DNA of 64,000 nt from an uncultured Alphaproteobacteria bacterium (GCA_963831215.1 CAWHPM010000012.1:189801-253800), one strand, 5' to 3'. Positions 1-10,570 are shown, counted from the first letter of the stretch. Translations and numbers: made by a program. Notes: generated from the sequence alone by a model not told the origin.

Positions 1-80
1 GTCGGAAAATTTTACGCAAGTCCGATCCGCCCTTTCCTGGTCCGCCGATTAAATCGCCAAAATCCGGCATTTCTTCGAAT

Positions 81-96
81 TGGCACGCGCATTGCT
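81..96 (+). promoter_or_regulatory. sigma54 (-24/-12) promoter
   Basis: TGGCAC-gcgca-TTGCT, exact TGGCAC-N5-TTGCW consensus in an intergenic region. Confidence 0.7.
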
Positions 97-106
97 ACTA
101 TAACCG

Positions 107-181
107 CGTCCACTTGGTTCCACGCCACGAAGGGGCGGCTGCAGCGGTTCTCTGGTCCCCTGCTCCGCCCCTTCTTCTTTT
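107..181 (+). ncRNA. candidate small RNA (~75 nt) ending in an intrinsic terminator
   Basis: Follows the sigma54 motif; stem GAAGGGGCGG(129-138)/CCGCCCCTTC(165-174) with inner GCAG/CTGC, then TTCTTTT; no plausible ORF. Confidence 0.45.
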
Positions 182-495
182 CAGGCATCCGCGCCCAGCA
201 GGTCCTTCAATTCGCCGCTTTCGAACATCTCCATCATGATGTCCGACCCACCGACGAATTCGCCTTTCACATACAGCTGCGGGATCGTCGGCCATTCCGA
301 ATATTCCTTGATCCCCTGACGGATCTCAGGGTCCTGGAGCACGTCGACGGTTTCATATTGCGCGCCAAGCCGGTCGAGGATTGCGATCGCTCGGCTGGAG
401 AAGCCGCACTGCGGGAACAGCGGCGTGCCTTTCATGAAGAGCACGACCTCGTTGCTTTTCACGAGCTGGTCGATGCGGGATTTGGGGTCACTCAC
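181..495 (-). CDS. grxD: monothiol glutaredoxin Grx4
   Basis: LFMKG, PQCGFS and WPTIPQLY motifs. Confidence 0.97.
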   Translation of the reverse strand: MSDPKSRIDQLVKSNEVVLFMKGTPLFPQCGFSSRAIAILDRLGAQYETVDVLQDPEIRQGIKEYSEWPTIPQLYVKGEFVGGSDIMMEMFESGELKDLLGADA

Positions 496-739
496 TGTTC
501 GTCTCCGTTTCGGGCACCGCGGTTTCGAGCTGCAGTGCGTGAAGCTCTCCCCCGACGCGTCCCCCGAGCGCCGAATAAACGATCTGGTGCTGCCGGATCC
601 GGCTCATTCCCGCGAACGTTTCGCTGACGACGCGCGCGGCGTAGTGATCGCCGTCGCCGGCGAGGTCGCGGATCGTCACTTGCGCATCGGGAATGGCCGC
701 CTTGATCAGCGCCTCGATCTGGCTCGCGGCCATCGGCAT
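488..739 (-). CDS. bolA: BolA/IbaG family protein
   Basis: GDGDHY...HQIVY...LHALQL; adjacent to grxD. Confidence 0.93.
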   Translation of the reverse strand: MPMAASQIEALIKAAIPDAQVTIRDLAGDGDHYAARVVSETFAGMSRIRQHQIVYSALGGRVGGELHALQLETAVPETETNSE

Positions 740-1068
740 CAGAGGTTGGTGCTCTCGATGATCTGGCGCCGAGCCTCGATTTCCTTGTTGCGCAGGGCAT
801 CGACGACCTTGCTCTCGTCGCAGTCCACACCCGCCGACGTCAGGTCGCCGAGCACCTTGCGGATGACGTCATGCTCTCCCGCTTCCTCGAAATCGGAGCG
901 AACCACGTCCTTGGCATAGGATTCCGTCTCCGCTTCGGAGAGGCCCATCTGCCGCGCCGCCCACTCGCCGAGCAACCGGTTGCGGCGCGCCGTGATTCGG
1001 AACTTCATCTCTTCGTCATGCGCGAACTTGGTCTCGAAAGCGCGCTCGCGGTCGTCGAATTGGGTCAT
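739..1068 (-). CDS. DUF1476 / alphaproteobacterial ATPase inhibitor zeta-like protein
   Basis: MTQFDDRERAFETKFAHDEE...RRNRLLGEWAA; typical bolA-grxD neighbour. Confidence 0.88.
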   Translation of the reverse strand: MTQFDDRERAFETKFAHDEEMKFRITARRNRLLGEWAARQMGLSEAETESYAKDVVRSDFEEAGEHDVIRKVLGDLTSAGVDCDESKVVDALRNKEIEARRQIIESTNL

Positions 1069-1125
1069 GCGATCCCCTTGTGCAATTGCGCCCGCAGATA
1101 GGAGCCGCGGCGGTCGGACGCAACG

Positions 1126-1479
1126 CTAGCGCCGCGCGGCGCGCCAGCGGTGGATCGCGACGACGACAAGGACGCAGGCGAGCGTATCCGCGACCCAATC
1201 GAGCGGGTCGCAGTCGCGATGGATGAGCGGCGTCGCCTGGGCGAGCTCGATGAACGCTCCGAACAGCGAAAGCGCGACGATCAGCCGCACGCGCGGACAG
1301 CCGCGGATATGCGAAACTTCCGAGCACGCCGAGCGTCGCGAAGGCCACCGCATGCTCGATCTTGTCGCCATATCCGACCGGCGGCTCGGGCACGTGCGGG
1401 ATCAGGGCCATGACGAGCGTGAAGATCGCTGCCGCCCAGAACGCGGCCTGCACGAGGCGGCCGCCGCTATGGTCTTCAT
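1126..1479 (-). CDS. VanZ-like small membrane protein (apparent frameshifts)
   Basis: DKIEHAVAF and GAFIELAQ...[12 protein letters not shown] motifs split over ORFs 1016-1453 and 1126-1371. Confidence 0.7.
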
Positions 1480-1484
1480 GAAGC

Positions 1485-2145
1485 TCACTCGGCGAATTGC
1501 GCCGTGGTCTTCTCGCGCACTTCCTCGCCGCGTCACGCCGGGCGCGAGCTCGACCAGCTTGAACGGGCTGTCATGGTCTGGCCGCTGGAACACGGCGAGA
1601 TCGGTGATGATCATGTCCACCACGTTCTTGCCGGTCAGCGGGAGCGTGCACTCGGGAATGAACTTGGGGTCGCCGTTCTTGGAGACATGCTCCATCACGA
1701 CGATGATCTTCTTGACCCCGGCGACGAGGTCCATCGCGCCGCCCATGCCCTTGATCATCTTGCCCGGCACCATCCAGTTGGCGAGGTCGCCTTTCTCGCT
1801 CACTTCCATGCCCCCGAGCACCGCAAGGTCGATATGCCCGCCACGGATCATCGCGAAGCTGGTCGCGCTGTCGAAGAAGCTGGTCTGCGGAAGCTGGCTG
1901 ACGGTCTGCTTGCCGGCGTTGATGAGGTCGGGGTCGACCTCGTCGTCATAAGGAAACGGCCCGATGCCGAGCATTCCGTTCTCGCTCTGCAGCGTGACGG
2001 TCATGCCTTCGGGCACATGATTGGCGACCAGCGTCGGAATCCCAATTCCGAGGTTCACATAATAGCCGTCGCGCAGCTCCTTCGCCGCCCGCGCCGCCAT
2101 CTGGTCGCGGGTCCAGCCTTTGATTTCACCGCCGTCGCCATTCAC
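1485..2145 (-). CDS. scoB: 3-oxoacid CoA-transferase subunit B (C-terminal frameshift)
   Basis: [24 protein letters not shown]; true end KTTAQFAE* at 1485. Confidence 0.92.
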
Positions 2146-2152
2146 TTCCTCC

Positions 2153-2235
2153 GTTCCCCGGCGAAGGCCGGGGTCCAGTCCAAAAGAAAAAGAGCCGCGA
2201 AAGCGCCTCCTGGGCCCCGGCCTTCGCCGGGGAAC
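2153..2235. repeat. REP/RPE-like palindromic element
   Basis: GTTCCCCGGCGAAGGCCGGGGTCCAG ... CTGGGCCCCGGCCTTCGCCGGGGAAC, 25/26 inverted match. Confidence 0.85.
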
Positions 2236-2243
2236 AGGCGACA

Positions 2244-2951
2244 TCACGCCGGCTCCCGCTCGCGCACGGTCCTGAACTCGATCTTCTTGTCGTAGGGCGA
2301 GCCGAGGATCAGGCGCTTCACATAGATCGACGGCAGATGGATGCAGTCCGCGTCGAGCGAGCCGACCGGAACGATTTCCTCGACCTCCGCGACACACACC
2401 TTCCCGCAAGTCGCCGCCGGCAGGTTGAAGTTGCGCGTCGTCTTGCGGAACACGAGGTTGCCCGTCTCATCCGCCTTCCAGCCCTTGATGATGCTGAGGT
2501 CGGCGCGGATGCCGCGCTCGAGGATATAATCCTCGCCGTCGAAGGCCTTGACCTCTTTCCCTTCGGCGACCTGCGTCCCGACGCCCGTCTTCGTGTAGAA
2601 GCCGGGGATCCCCGCCCCGCCCGCACGCATCCGCTCGGCAAGCGTCCCCTGCGGCGTGAACTCGACCTCGAGCTCGCCGGCGAGGAATTGCCGCTCGAAC
2701 TCCTTGTTTTCGCCGACGTAGGACGAGATCATCTTCTTCACCTGCTTCGTCCGAAGCAGCTTGCCGAGCCCCTCATTGTCGATGCCGGCATTGTTCGACG
2801 CGATCGTGAGGTCCTTCACCCCGCTCGCGACGACGGCATCGATCAGCCGCTCGGGAATTCCGCACAGGCCGAAGCCGCCGGCGGCGATCGTCATGCCGTC
2901 GAACAGCAACCCGTCGAGCGCGCCTTGTGCGTCGGGATAGACTTTCTGCAT
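2244..2951 (-). CDS. scoA: 3-oxoacid CoA-transferase subunit A
   Basis: [24 protein letters not shown]. Confidence 0.96.
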   Translation of the reverse strand: MQKVYPDAQGALDGLLFDGMTIAAGGFGLCGIPERLIDAVVASGVKDLTIASNNAGIDNEGLGKLLRTKQVKKMISSYVGENKEFERQFLAGELEVEFTPQGTLAERMRAGGAGIPGFYTKTGVGTQVAEGKEVKAFDGEDYILERGIRADLSIIKGWKADETGNLVFRKTTRNFNLPAATCGKVCVAEVEEIVPVGSLDADCIHLPSIYVKRLILGSPYDKKIEFRTVREREPA

Positions 2952-3120
2952 GTGCGCCCCATAGAAGCGCCGCCGTAAGGGTCAAGAATGGCTGGTGCGA
3001 AACGCGACACTGCGCACGGAGCTAGCGCCCGGTCCGATCAATCTGTGTTGTTTTGACTTGTGATTGACTGATGTTAGTACGCGCTCCGCTCGGATCGCTT
3101 GTGAGTCGATTGGCGTAAGG

Positions 3121-3720
3121 ATGAAACATGCGTTCTGGGTGCTGCCCGGCTTTCTTGCCGGCGCGGCTGCCGGCTTGGGATTCGGGGTTTTCCACTGGCG
3201 ATCGGCGATCGACGCATATTATCCCGCCACGAGGGCCGCTTACGTCCGAAACCAGATCGCGCAGGCGGGCCCGGTCGATACGCTCGTCATCGGCGACAGC
3301 ATCAGTGAATCGACCTTTCTCTACGGGGTCTGCGGACGGACGTTCAACGCATCCGTAGGCGGCTCGACGGTCCCCGTGGAGCTGGCGCTTGCAAGGTTCG
3401 CGATCCCCAAATTGAAGCCGAAGACGATCATCGTCGAGACCGGTCGGAATTATTTCCATCACGGTGACAATCCCGCCTTCGAGCCTGATTTTCACGAGCT
3501 CCTCTCAGCGCTTCACGGCCACAAGCTTATCCTCGTCGGCATCCCGCTCGCGCCCAAAGAAACCGAATTCGTGCGACGAACCGCGCAGGCGGTCGGCGCA
3601 GAGTTCGTCATGCCTGCGACCGGCAACCTGACCATCGAGGGCGTCCACCCGACGCCGAAAGGCGCGCTGGTCTACCGACAACGCATCGCGGCAGCCTGCC
3701 GCCAGTTTCGGCCCGCCTGA
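3121..3720 (+). CDS. membrane-anchored SGNH/GDSL-like hydrolase
   Basis: N-terminal hydrophobic helix, VIGDSISE block I and EGVHPT block V-like motifs. Confidence 0.6.
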   Translation: MKHAFWVLPGFLAGAAAGLGFGVFHWRSAIDAYYPATRAAYVRNQIAQAGPVDTLVIGDSISESTFLYGVCGRTFNASVGGSTVPVELALARFAIPKLKPKTIIVETGRNYFHHGDNPAFEPDFHELLSALHGHKLILVGIPLAPKETEFVRRTAQAVGAEFVMPATGNLTIEGVHPTPKGALVYRQRIAAACRQFRPA

Positions 3721-3833
3721 GCAGCGTCCCCCACCAGCGCGGGATAGTCAGCGAGTCAATTCGCGTCGGTCGAGCGTGAGGGTTGGGGGTCGGCGGCGGA
3801 CAGCGCCGGCCACGAGAATGTCGCGAGCGCGGT

Positions 3834-4355
3834 TTATTTCGCTCGCGTCGACGGACGATAGGTGAAGTCGAACGAAGGAGCCCATGTCTTGCCCTCGTCG
3901 GTCGACTGCTCGCCGAACTGCCGCACCGAGCCGTCGGCATTCTTGCTGTACGTCATCCGCACCAGCGGGCCGGCCCACTTGCCGGTGATGACCATCGCCT
4001 TGCCGTTCCAGCCCCCGCTGAACGTCGCACGGGTGCCGCCCGAATCGATCCAGAATTGCTCCCAATGCTTCTCCGCCGGCACGTAAATGCTGAGCGAGCC
4101 GCCGGGCTGGTTGCTGAGCGGCATCCAGTTCTCGCGAATCCCGCAGCCGTAGACGGATTCGATCAGGCTGTGGGCGACCAGCTTGTCCTTGCCGGTGGGA
4201 TAGACGTCCCAGTTCCCGACCCAGAAATCGAGCTGGTGAAATTCAGGCGCGGCGCACGGCGCGGCGGAAGGGGCCGGCGGACTCGCCGCCTGCTGCGCCA
4301 GCGCGGCGGTCGATGACATCGCCAGTGCGGCGAATATGCCAGGCAATATCTGCAT
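3834..4355 (-). CDS. secreted hypothetical protein (DUF1579-like)
   Basis: Signal peptide ending ALA-QQ; CAAPEFHQLDFWVGNWDV; RBS AGGGGGA. Confidence 0.7.
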   Translation of the reverse strand: MQILPGIFAALAMSSTAALAQQAASPPAPSAAPCAAPEFHQLDFWVGNWDVYPTGKDKLVAHSLIESVYGCGIRENWMPLSNQPGGSLSIYVPAEKHWEQFWIDSGGTRATFSGGWNGKAMVITGKWAGPLVRMTYSKNADGSVRQFGEQSTDEGKTWAPSFDFTYRPSTRAK

Positions 4356-4403
4356 CGGTTCCCCCTTTTTCTACCGGGCCGTTGCCCTAAATCGTACTAT
4401 GAC

Positions 4404-4802
4404 TCAATTGCCATTCGACGAAATGGCTGGCGGCAAATGCGAACCGCCGAGCTCCGACAGGATCGCCAGCGCTTCGCCGCGCCGTTCCCAGGGCACGAAG
4501 ATGTGGTCGTGATTAAGGCCGGCGATCATGTTCGCGCTGATGCCGGCGTCCGCCAGTGCCGTCGAAAGCATCGCCGTCAGGCCGACCGCCGCAAGGCTGG
4601 AATGCGCGCGAAGGCTGATCCGCGCCCATTCCCCGGCCGAGCTGACGCGGATCGCGGTGACGCCTTCCTCCTCGCGCACCAGCGCAAAGGTCGCTGCGTC
4701 CAAGGCCGGAAGATCGGTCGTCTCGAACGAATAGCGCTCGTCCGACAGCATCGGCGCGAGCGCGGCGAGCAGCCGCGCCAGATCGCGTTCGCCGTCGGCC
4801 AA
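4404..4802 (-). CDS. ACT domain protein (DUF2241-like)
   Basis: GERDLARLL...HSSLAAVGLTA...HDHIFVP. Confidence 0.85.
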   Translation of the reverse strand: MADGERDLARLLAALAPMLSDERYSFETTDLPALDAATFALVREEEGVTAIRVSSAGEWARISLRAHSSLAAVGLTAMLSTALADAGISANMIAGLNHDHIFVPWERRGEALAILSELGGSHLPPAISSNGN

Positions 4803-4805
4803 CGA

Positions 4806-5105
4806 TCAGCCCTTGAGCTTCGCCAGCACTCCCTGGAGCTGCATGGCGTTGGACATATCGCCCTCGACCTTGAGCTTGCCCATCATGAACGCGGTCATTC
4901 CGTCGAGCTGCCCCGCCGCCATCTGCTGCCAGTCGTCCCAGCCGACGTTGATCGTCGTATCGGCCGCGCCGTCCTCTTCGGTGATCCGCTCGGCCGCTCC
5001 ATCGAGCATGATCGCGCCCTCGCCGCCGAAGTCGATCTTCACCCTTTTGCCAGGCACCCAGGCGTTGTTCTCCTGCATGCGCTGGACGAGTTCCTGCTTG
5101 GTCAT
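4806..5105 (-). CDS. SCP2 sterol/lipid-binding domain protein
   Basis: LDGMTAFMMGKLKVEGDMSNAMQL; ATG at 5105 after AGGAG. Confidence 0.9.
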   Translation of the reverse strand: MTKQELVQRMQENNAWVPGKRVKIDFGGEGAIMLDGAAERITEEDGAADTTINVGWDDWQQMAAGQLDGMTAFMMGKLKVEGDMSNAMQLQGVLAKLKG

Positions 5106-5174
5106 ACTTGCTCCTTTGTCAGCAGGCGTAGCGAGCCGTTGCAGGCGCAGCAAGCGAAGCCTATCTGCGCCGAC

Positions 5175-6603
5175 ATGGGATATGAAACCTCGCTTCAGCT
5201 CTTCATCGACGGCGTGTGGAAATCGGGCGAAGGCCGCGACTGCCACGACGTCGTCAACCCCGTGGACGCCAAGCCGATCGCCGCAGTCCCTTACGCGACC
5301 AAGGCCGACCTCGACGAGGCGCTCGCCGCCTCGGAGCGCGCGTGGCCCGAGTGGCGCTCGACCGACGTCGAGAAGCGGGCCGCGATCCTGCACAAGGCCG
5401 CGGCGCTCATGCGCGAGCGCGCCGACCTCATCGCCCGGACGATGACCCAGGAGCAGGGCAAGCCGGTCGGCGAAGCCAAGCTGGAAGTGCTCGCGTCCGC
5501 GCAACTGTTCGACTGGTACGCCGAGGACGCCAAGCGCGACTACGGTCGCACCCTCGTCCGCCCCGCGGGCCAGCTCAGCCGAGTGATCCGCCAGCCGGTC
5601 GGCCCGACCGCGACCTTCACGCCGTGGAACTTCCCGATCTATCTGCTCGCCAAGAAGGTCAGCGCCGCCCTCGCCGCGGGCTGCACGGTCATCTCGCGCC
5701 CGCCGCACGAGACCCCCGGCGTCGGCACCGAACTGTTCCGCGCGCTCGCCGACGCGGGCATTCCGAACGGCGTCGCCCAGCTCGTCCACGGCGATTCGGC
5801 GCTCGTCAGCGAGACGCTCATCGCCAGCCAGCGTCATCCGCAAGGTCAGCTTCACCGGCTCGACCAATGTCGGCAAGCATTTGATGCGCCTCTGCGCCGA
5901 CAGCATGACCCGCGTGACGATGGAGCTCGGCGGCCACGCGCCGGTGCTGATCTTCGACGATTGCGACCTCGAAAAGACGCTCGACATGGTCGTCCCGCAG
6001 AAGTTCCGGAACGCCGGCCAGGTCTGCGTCTCGCCGACCCGCTTCTACGTCCAGCGCGGAATCTACGACGCCTTCGTGAAGGGCTTCGCGACACGCACCG
6101 CCAAGGTGAAGGTCGGCAACGGCCTCGACGACGGCGTGAAGATGGGCCCGCTCGCCAACAGCCGCCGCCCTGATGCGATCGAGACTCTCGTGCAGGACGC
6201 CAAGGCCAAGGGCGCGCGCGTGCTCGCCGGCGGCGAGCGCGGCGACGGCGGCTTCTTCTTCCAGCCGACATTGCTCGCCGATGTGCCCAACGAAGCGAAC
6301 ATCATGAACGACGAGCCGTTCGGCCCGGTCGCGGTGTCGCGCCCGTTCGACACGTTCGAGGAAGCGATCGAGCAGGCCAACCGCCTGCCCTACGGCCTCG
6401 CCGCCTTCGCCTTCACCGAGAACGGCCGCCGCGCGAACCTGATCGGCGACCTCGTCGAAAGCGGCATGGTCGGCATCAACACCTTCGCCATCAGCGGCGC
6501 CGACACGCCGTTCGGCGGGGTCAAGGACTCAGGCTTCGGCAGCGAAGGCGGGAAAGAGGGGTTGGAGAGCTATCAGGTGGTGAAGGCGGTGCATCAGGCC
6601 TGA
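5175..6603 (+). CDS. NAD-dependent succinate-semialdehyde-type aldehyde dehydrogenase (frameshift ~5830)
   Basis: TPWNFP, SFTGST, MELGGHAP, FRNAGQVC, EPFGP. Confidence 0.9.
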
Positions 6604-6607
6604 ACTT

Positions 6608-6707
6608 CGTCATTCCCGCGACAGCGGGAACGTCCCGAGGGCAATCCCGTCTTCCTTCTGCCACGGTTGCAAAGGCAGCGGGACTCCCCGCTTTCGCGGG
6701 GGTGACG
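6608..6707. repeat. RPE-like palindromic element
   Basis: CGTCATTCCCGCGACAGCGGGAA ... TCCCCGCTTTCGCGGGGGTGACG inverted termini. Confidence 0.75.
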
Positions 6708-6739
6708 TGGAAGAGTGTGCGCAGCTGAGACGCTCGGCC

Positions 6740-8403
6740 ATGACCAAGCGCACCGGCGGCCGCATCCTCGTCGACCAGCTTCGCATCCAGGGCTGCGACC
6801 GCATCTTCACCGTGCCGGGCGAGAGCTTCCTCGCGGTGCTCGACGCGCTTCACGACACGCCCGAGATCGACACCATCGTCTGCCGGCAGGAGGGCGGCGT
6901 CGCCTACATGGCCGACGCCGACGGCAAGATGACCGGCCGCCCGGGCGTCGCCTTCGTCACCCGCGGTCCGGGCGCGACCAACGCCAGCGGCGGGCGTCCA
7001 CGTCGCCTTCCAGGATTCGACCCCGATGATCCTGTTCATCGGCGACGTCGCGCGCGGCGACCGCGACCGCGAGGGCTTCCAGGAGATCGACTTCCCCGCC
7101 TTCTTCGCTCCCATCGCCAAATGGGCGGCGCGGATCGAGGACGCGCGGCGCATCCCCGAATATGTCGCCCGCGCCTACCGCGTCGCGACCGCCGGCCGGC
7201 CCGGTCCGGTCGTGCTCGCGCTGCCCGAGGACATGCTGCGCGACGAGGTCGACGTGCCCGACCGCCCGCGCGTCCCGCCGCTCGCCGAGGAGCCCGACCC
7301 CGGCGCCGTGCAGGCGATGTTCGAGCTGCTCAAGGACGCGACCAACCCCGTCGCGATCGTCGGCGGCGCCGACTGGAGCCCGCGCGCGTCGCACCATTTC
7401 GCCAATTTCGCCTTTCGCTACGGAATCCCGGTCGCGGCCGCCTTCCGCCGCCAGGACGCGATCTGCAACACTTGCGGAGTCTATGCCGGCCAGCTCGGCT
7501 ACGGGCCCAACCCCAAGCTCCAGCAGCGCATCCGCGACGCCGACCTGATCCTCGCCGTCGGCCCGCGCCTCGGCGAGGCGACCACCGACGGCTACACGCT
7601 CATCACGCCCGACCATCCCGGCCAGACGCTGGTCCACGTCCACCCCGACCCCAACGAGCTCGGCCGAGTCTATCACGCCGACCTCCCGATCTGCGCCGAC
7701 ATGGGCGAATTCGCCGAGATGGTCGACGAGTGGATCGACCCCGACCTCGTCCGTTCTCACGCCGGCGAGGAGGCGCACAAGGAATGGCTCGACTGGTCCG
7801 AGCCGAAGCCGCGTGAAGGCGTCAAGCTCGACCTCGGTCCGTGCGTCGCAGCGATGCGCGAGAAGCTTCCGGACAACACCATCATCTGCAACGGCGCCGG
7901 CAATTTCTCGGGCTGGTGGCACCGCTACTGGCGCTACGGCCCGATGCCGACCCAGCTCGCGCCGACGCAGCGGGACGATGGGCTACGGCCTCCCGGCCGC
8001 GGTCGCCGCCGCGATCCGCTTCAAGGACCGGCCGGTGGTCTGCGTCGCCGGCGACGGCGACTTCCTGATGAACGGCCAGGAGCTGGCGACCGCCGCGCAA
8101 TATAGCGCCGACCTGCTCGTCATCCTCGTCGACAATGGCAGCTACGGCACCATCCGGATGCACCAGGAGCGCGAATATCCCGAGCGAATCAGCGCGACGG
8201 AACTCGCCAACCCCGACTTCGCCGCCCTCGCCCGCGCATTCGGCGGCTGGGCCGAGACGGTCGAAACCACCGAAGCCTTCGCCCCCGCCCTCGACGAAGC
8301 CCTCAACCGCAAAGGCATCCGCCTCCTCCACTGCAAGACCGACGTCGAGCAGATCAGCAACGCGACGACGATCACGAAGCTGAGGGAGCGGGCGAAGGCC
8401 TAA
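6740..8403 (+). CDS. thiamine-pyrophosphate-binding enzyme, acetolactate synthase large subunit-like (frameshifts ~6990, ~7970)
   Basis: VPGESFL, TRGPGATN, GDGDFLMN...DNGSYG. Confidence 0.9.
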
Positions 8404-8540
8404 AGCTCCTCTCCATCGCGCAGCGATGGGGAGGGGGACCGCTGCCGAAGACAGTGGTGGAGGGGTCGGCGCCAACCCCTCCACCGTCGAATCTTCGCTC
8501 GATGGTCCCCTCCCACGAGCTGCGCTCGCAGGGAGGAGCT
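8404..8540. repeat. long multi-hairpin inverted repeat (CIR-like) between convergent genes
   Basis: AGCTCCTC...GAGGAGCT termini, GAGGGGGACC/GGTCCCCTC and GGTGGAGGGG/CCCCTCCACC arms. Confidence 0.75.
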
Positions 8541-9876
8541 AAAGCCCGAACGGATAGGTCTCCTCGACCTCGCGATGCTCGCCCGGCCGTGCTTCGCCCG
8601 GCAGCGGTGTCACGGCGCTTGGTCTCGTCGAACCAGACATAAGCGTCGAACTGCTTTGGCAGGATCGCCTCGCTGTAATGGCTCCAGCGCTCGGTCTCCG
8701 GCCGGTAGATCACGCCGATGAACCGCTCGAGCCGCGGCTCGCGCCAGCGCCTCGCGCAGCTCGCGCCCGACCTCGCCTTCGCGGAGGTCGAGCAGGAAGC
8801 GCGGCGACGCCGCTGTCGTGCGCCATCCGCTCATGGCTCTCGGGCAGCGACGGCCGCACGCGCTTGACCTTCATCGGCTCGTCCCAGTCGTCCGCCGCGG
8901 CGACCGTTCCCGTATGCGTCCCGAACCCGATCAGCCGCGCGCGCGCGGCCCATTTCTCCTTCACCAGCTGGCCGATGTTCAGCTCGCCGCGGTTCATGCC
9001 CATGTCGGTGAAGCGCGCGTCGCCGATATGGCTGTTGTGCGCCCACACGATCGCCTTCGAGTTCGGCCCCTTGGCGTCGAGGATCATGTTCAGCGTGTCG
9101 AACATGTGCGTGTCGCGCAGATTCCAGCTCTCCGCCGAGCCGTGGTACATGATCGCGGTAATAGGCCTCGGCGTCCTTCACGAGCCGCGCGTTCGCCGCC
9201 GCGTCGAGCCATTCGTCGCACTCCGGCCCGAAGCAATCGACCTGCTTCTGAAGCAGGTCTTGCAGCATCTGGATCACCCCGACCTCGCAGCGGGCATAGC
9301 CCTCCAGCAGCGAGTGCCGGCCGTAGATCGCCGGGTCCTCGGCCCACGGGTCAAGGCAGCCGTATCGCCGGTGCGCGAGCTTCGCGAGCTCGGGGTCTTC
9401 CTGCTCGAGGAAGTCGATGACCGCCCGCATCGAGCCGCTGAGGTTGTAGAGGTCGAGCCCGTAGAAACCGCACATCCGCTCATAGGCGCGGTTCCCGTTG
9501 TGCTTCCGCATCCAGCGAACGAACGCGTCGACCTCCGCATTCCGCCACATCCACATCGGGAAGCGCTCGAACGCCTTGAGCTCGCCGTCGCGCCAGCGGC
9601 GATGGCGGACATAGCGGTCGACCGTCGCGCAATCGGGCCAATCGCCTTCGACCGCGAGGATGTTGAACCCATGCGCGCTCGATCAGCCGGCGCGAGATCG
9701 CGGCGCGGGCGCGGTAGAATTCGCTCGTCCCGTGGCTCGCCTCGCCGAGGCAAACGACGCGCGCATCGCCGAAGCGGTCGAAGAAGGCTCCCGAAGCGCT
9801 CGTCGTCGATGTCGGGCAGCGGCTCGGCGGCATCGGCAATCAGCCGCGGCAGTGTGTCGAGTTCTGTATCAAGCAT
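8539..9876 (-). CDS. erythromycin esterase family protein (multiple frameshifts)
   Basis: LGEASHGTSEFY, FYGLDLY, VWAHNSHIGDAR, ETYPFGL* end. Confidence 0.88.
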
Positions 9877-10522
9877 CCTTGAACCCTTCTTCCCCGATAA
9901 GCGGAACGAACCGGACCCCGCCGAGGTTCTCGCGGACCAGCTTGTCGCCCGGTCCCTTCGTCACCTTGACCAGCTCCTGGACCCATCCCGGATCGCCGAG
10001 CGGCATGACGATCCGCCCGCCGGGCGAGAGCTGGTCGATCAGCGGTTGCGGCACGTGGCTTCCGCTCGCCGCGGCGAGGATCGCGTTGTAGGGCGCGCCG
10101 TCGGGCCAGCCCTTGCTGCCGTCGCCCTCGACGATCTCGACATTGTCGTAGCCGAGGTGCCGGAGCCGCGCGCGCGCAACTTCGACCAGCTCTTGCTGCC
10201 GCTCGATTCCGATCACGCGCTTGGCGATGCGGCTGATGACGGCGGCCGCATAGCCGGACCCCGACCCTATTTCGAGCACCGTGTCGCCCTCCCGGATCCG
10301 CGCCGCCTGGATCATCAGCGCCACGATATAGGGCTGCGAAATGGTCTGCTGCGCCTCGATCGGCAGCGGATGATCGCCATACGCGAGATGCGCATGGCTG
10401 GTGCCGACGAAGGCTTCCCGCGGCACTGCTCGAAAGGCATCGAGGATGTGGGGTTCGGTGATTCCACGGCGCCGCAGCTGCCGCTCGACCATCGCCTCGC
10501 GCTCGGATTGGAAGTCTGTCAT
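9869..10522 (-). CDS. pcm: protein-L-isoaspartate O-methyltransferase
   Basis: VPREAF, QTISQPYIVA, LEIGSGSGY, VRFVPL. Confidence 0.95.
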   Translation of the reverse strand: MTDFQSEREAMVERQLRRRGITEPHILDAFRAVPREAFVGTSHAHLAYGDHPLPIEAQQTISQPYIVALMIQAARIREGDTVLEIGSGSGYAAAVISRIAKRVIGIERQQELVEVARARLRHLGYDNVEIVEGDGSKGWPDGAPYNAILAAASGSHVPQPLIDQLSPGGRIVMPLGDPGWVQELVKVTKGPGDKLVRENLGGVRFVPLIGEEGFKDA

Positions 10523-10543
10523 GGACTCATCACTCCCGGGCGA

Positions 10544-10569
10544 AACGAAAGACTCGAAGGGGCCGTTCC
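10544..10569 (-). promoter_or_regulatory. EcfG/sigmaT-type general stress promoter
   Basis: GGAAC-N17-CGTT ending ~22 nt upstream of the pcm start. Confidence 0.6.
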
Positions 10570-10570
10570 G

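Noticed and set aside
8539-9876. Erythromycin esterase as an antibiotic resistance gene
   Set aside because: Family-level match only; coupled to pcm, with no mobile context
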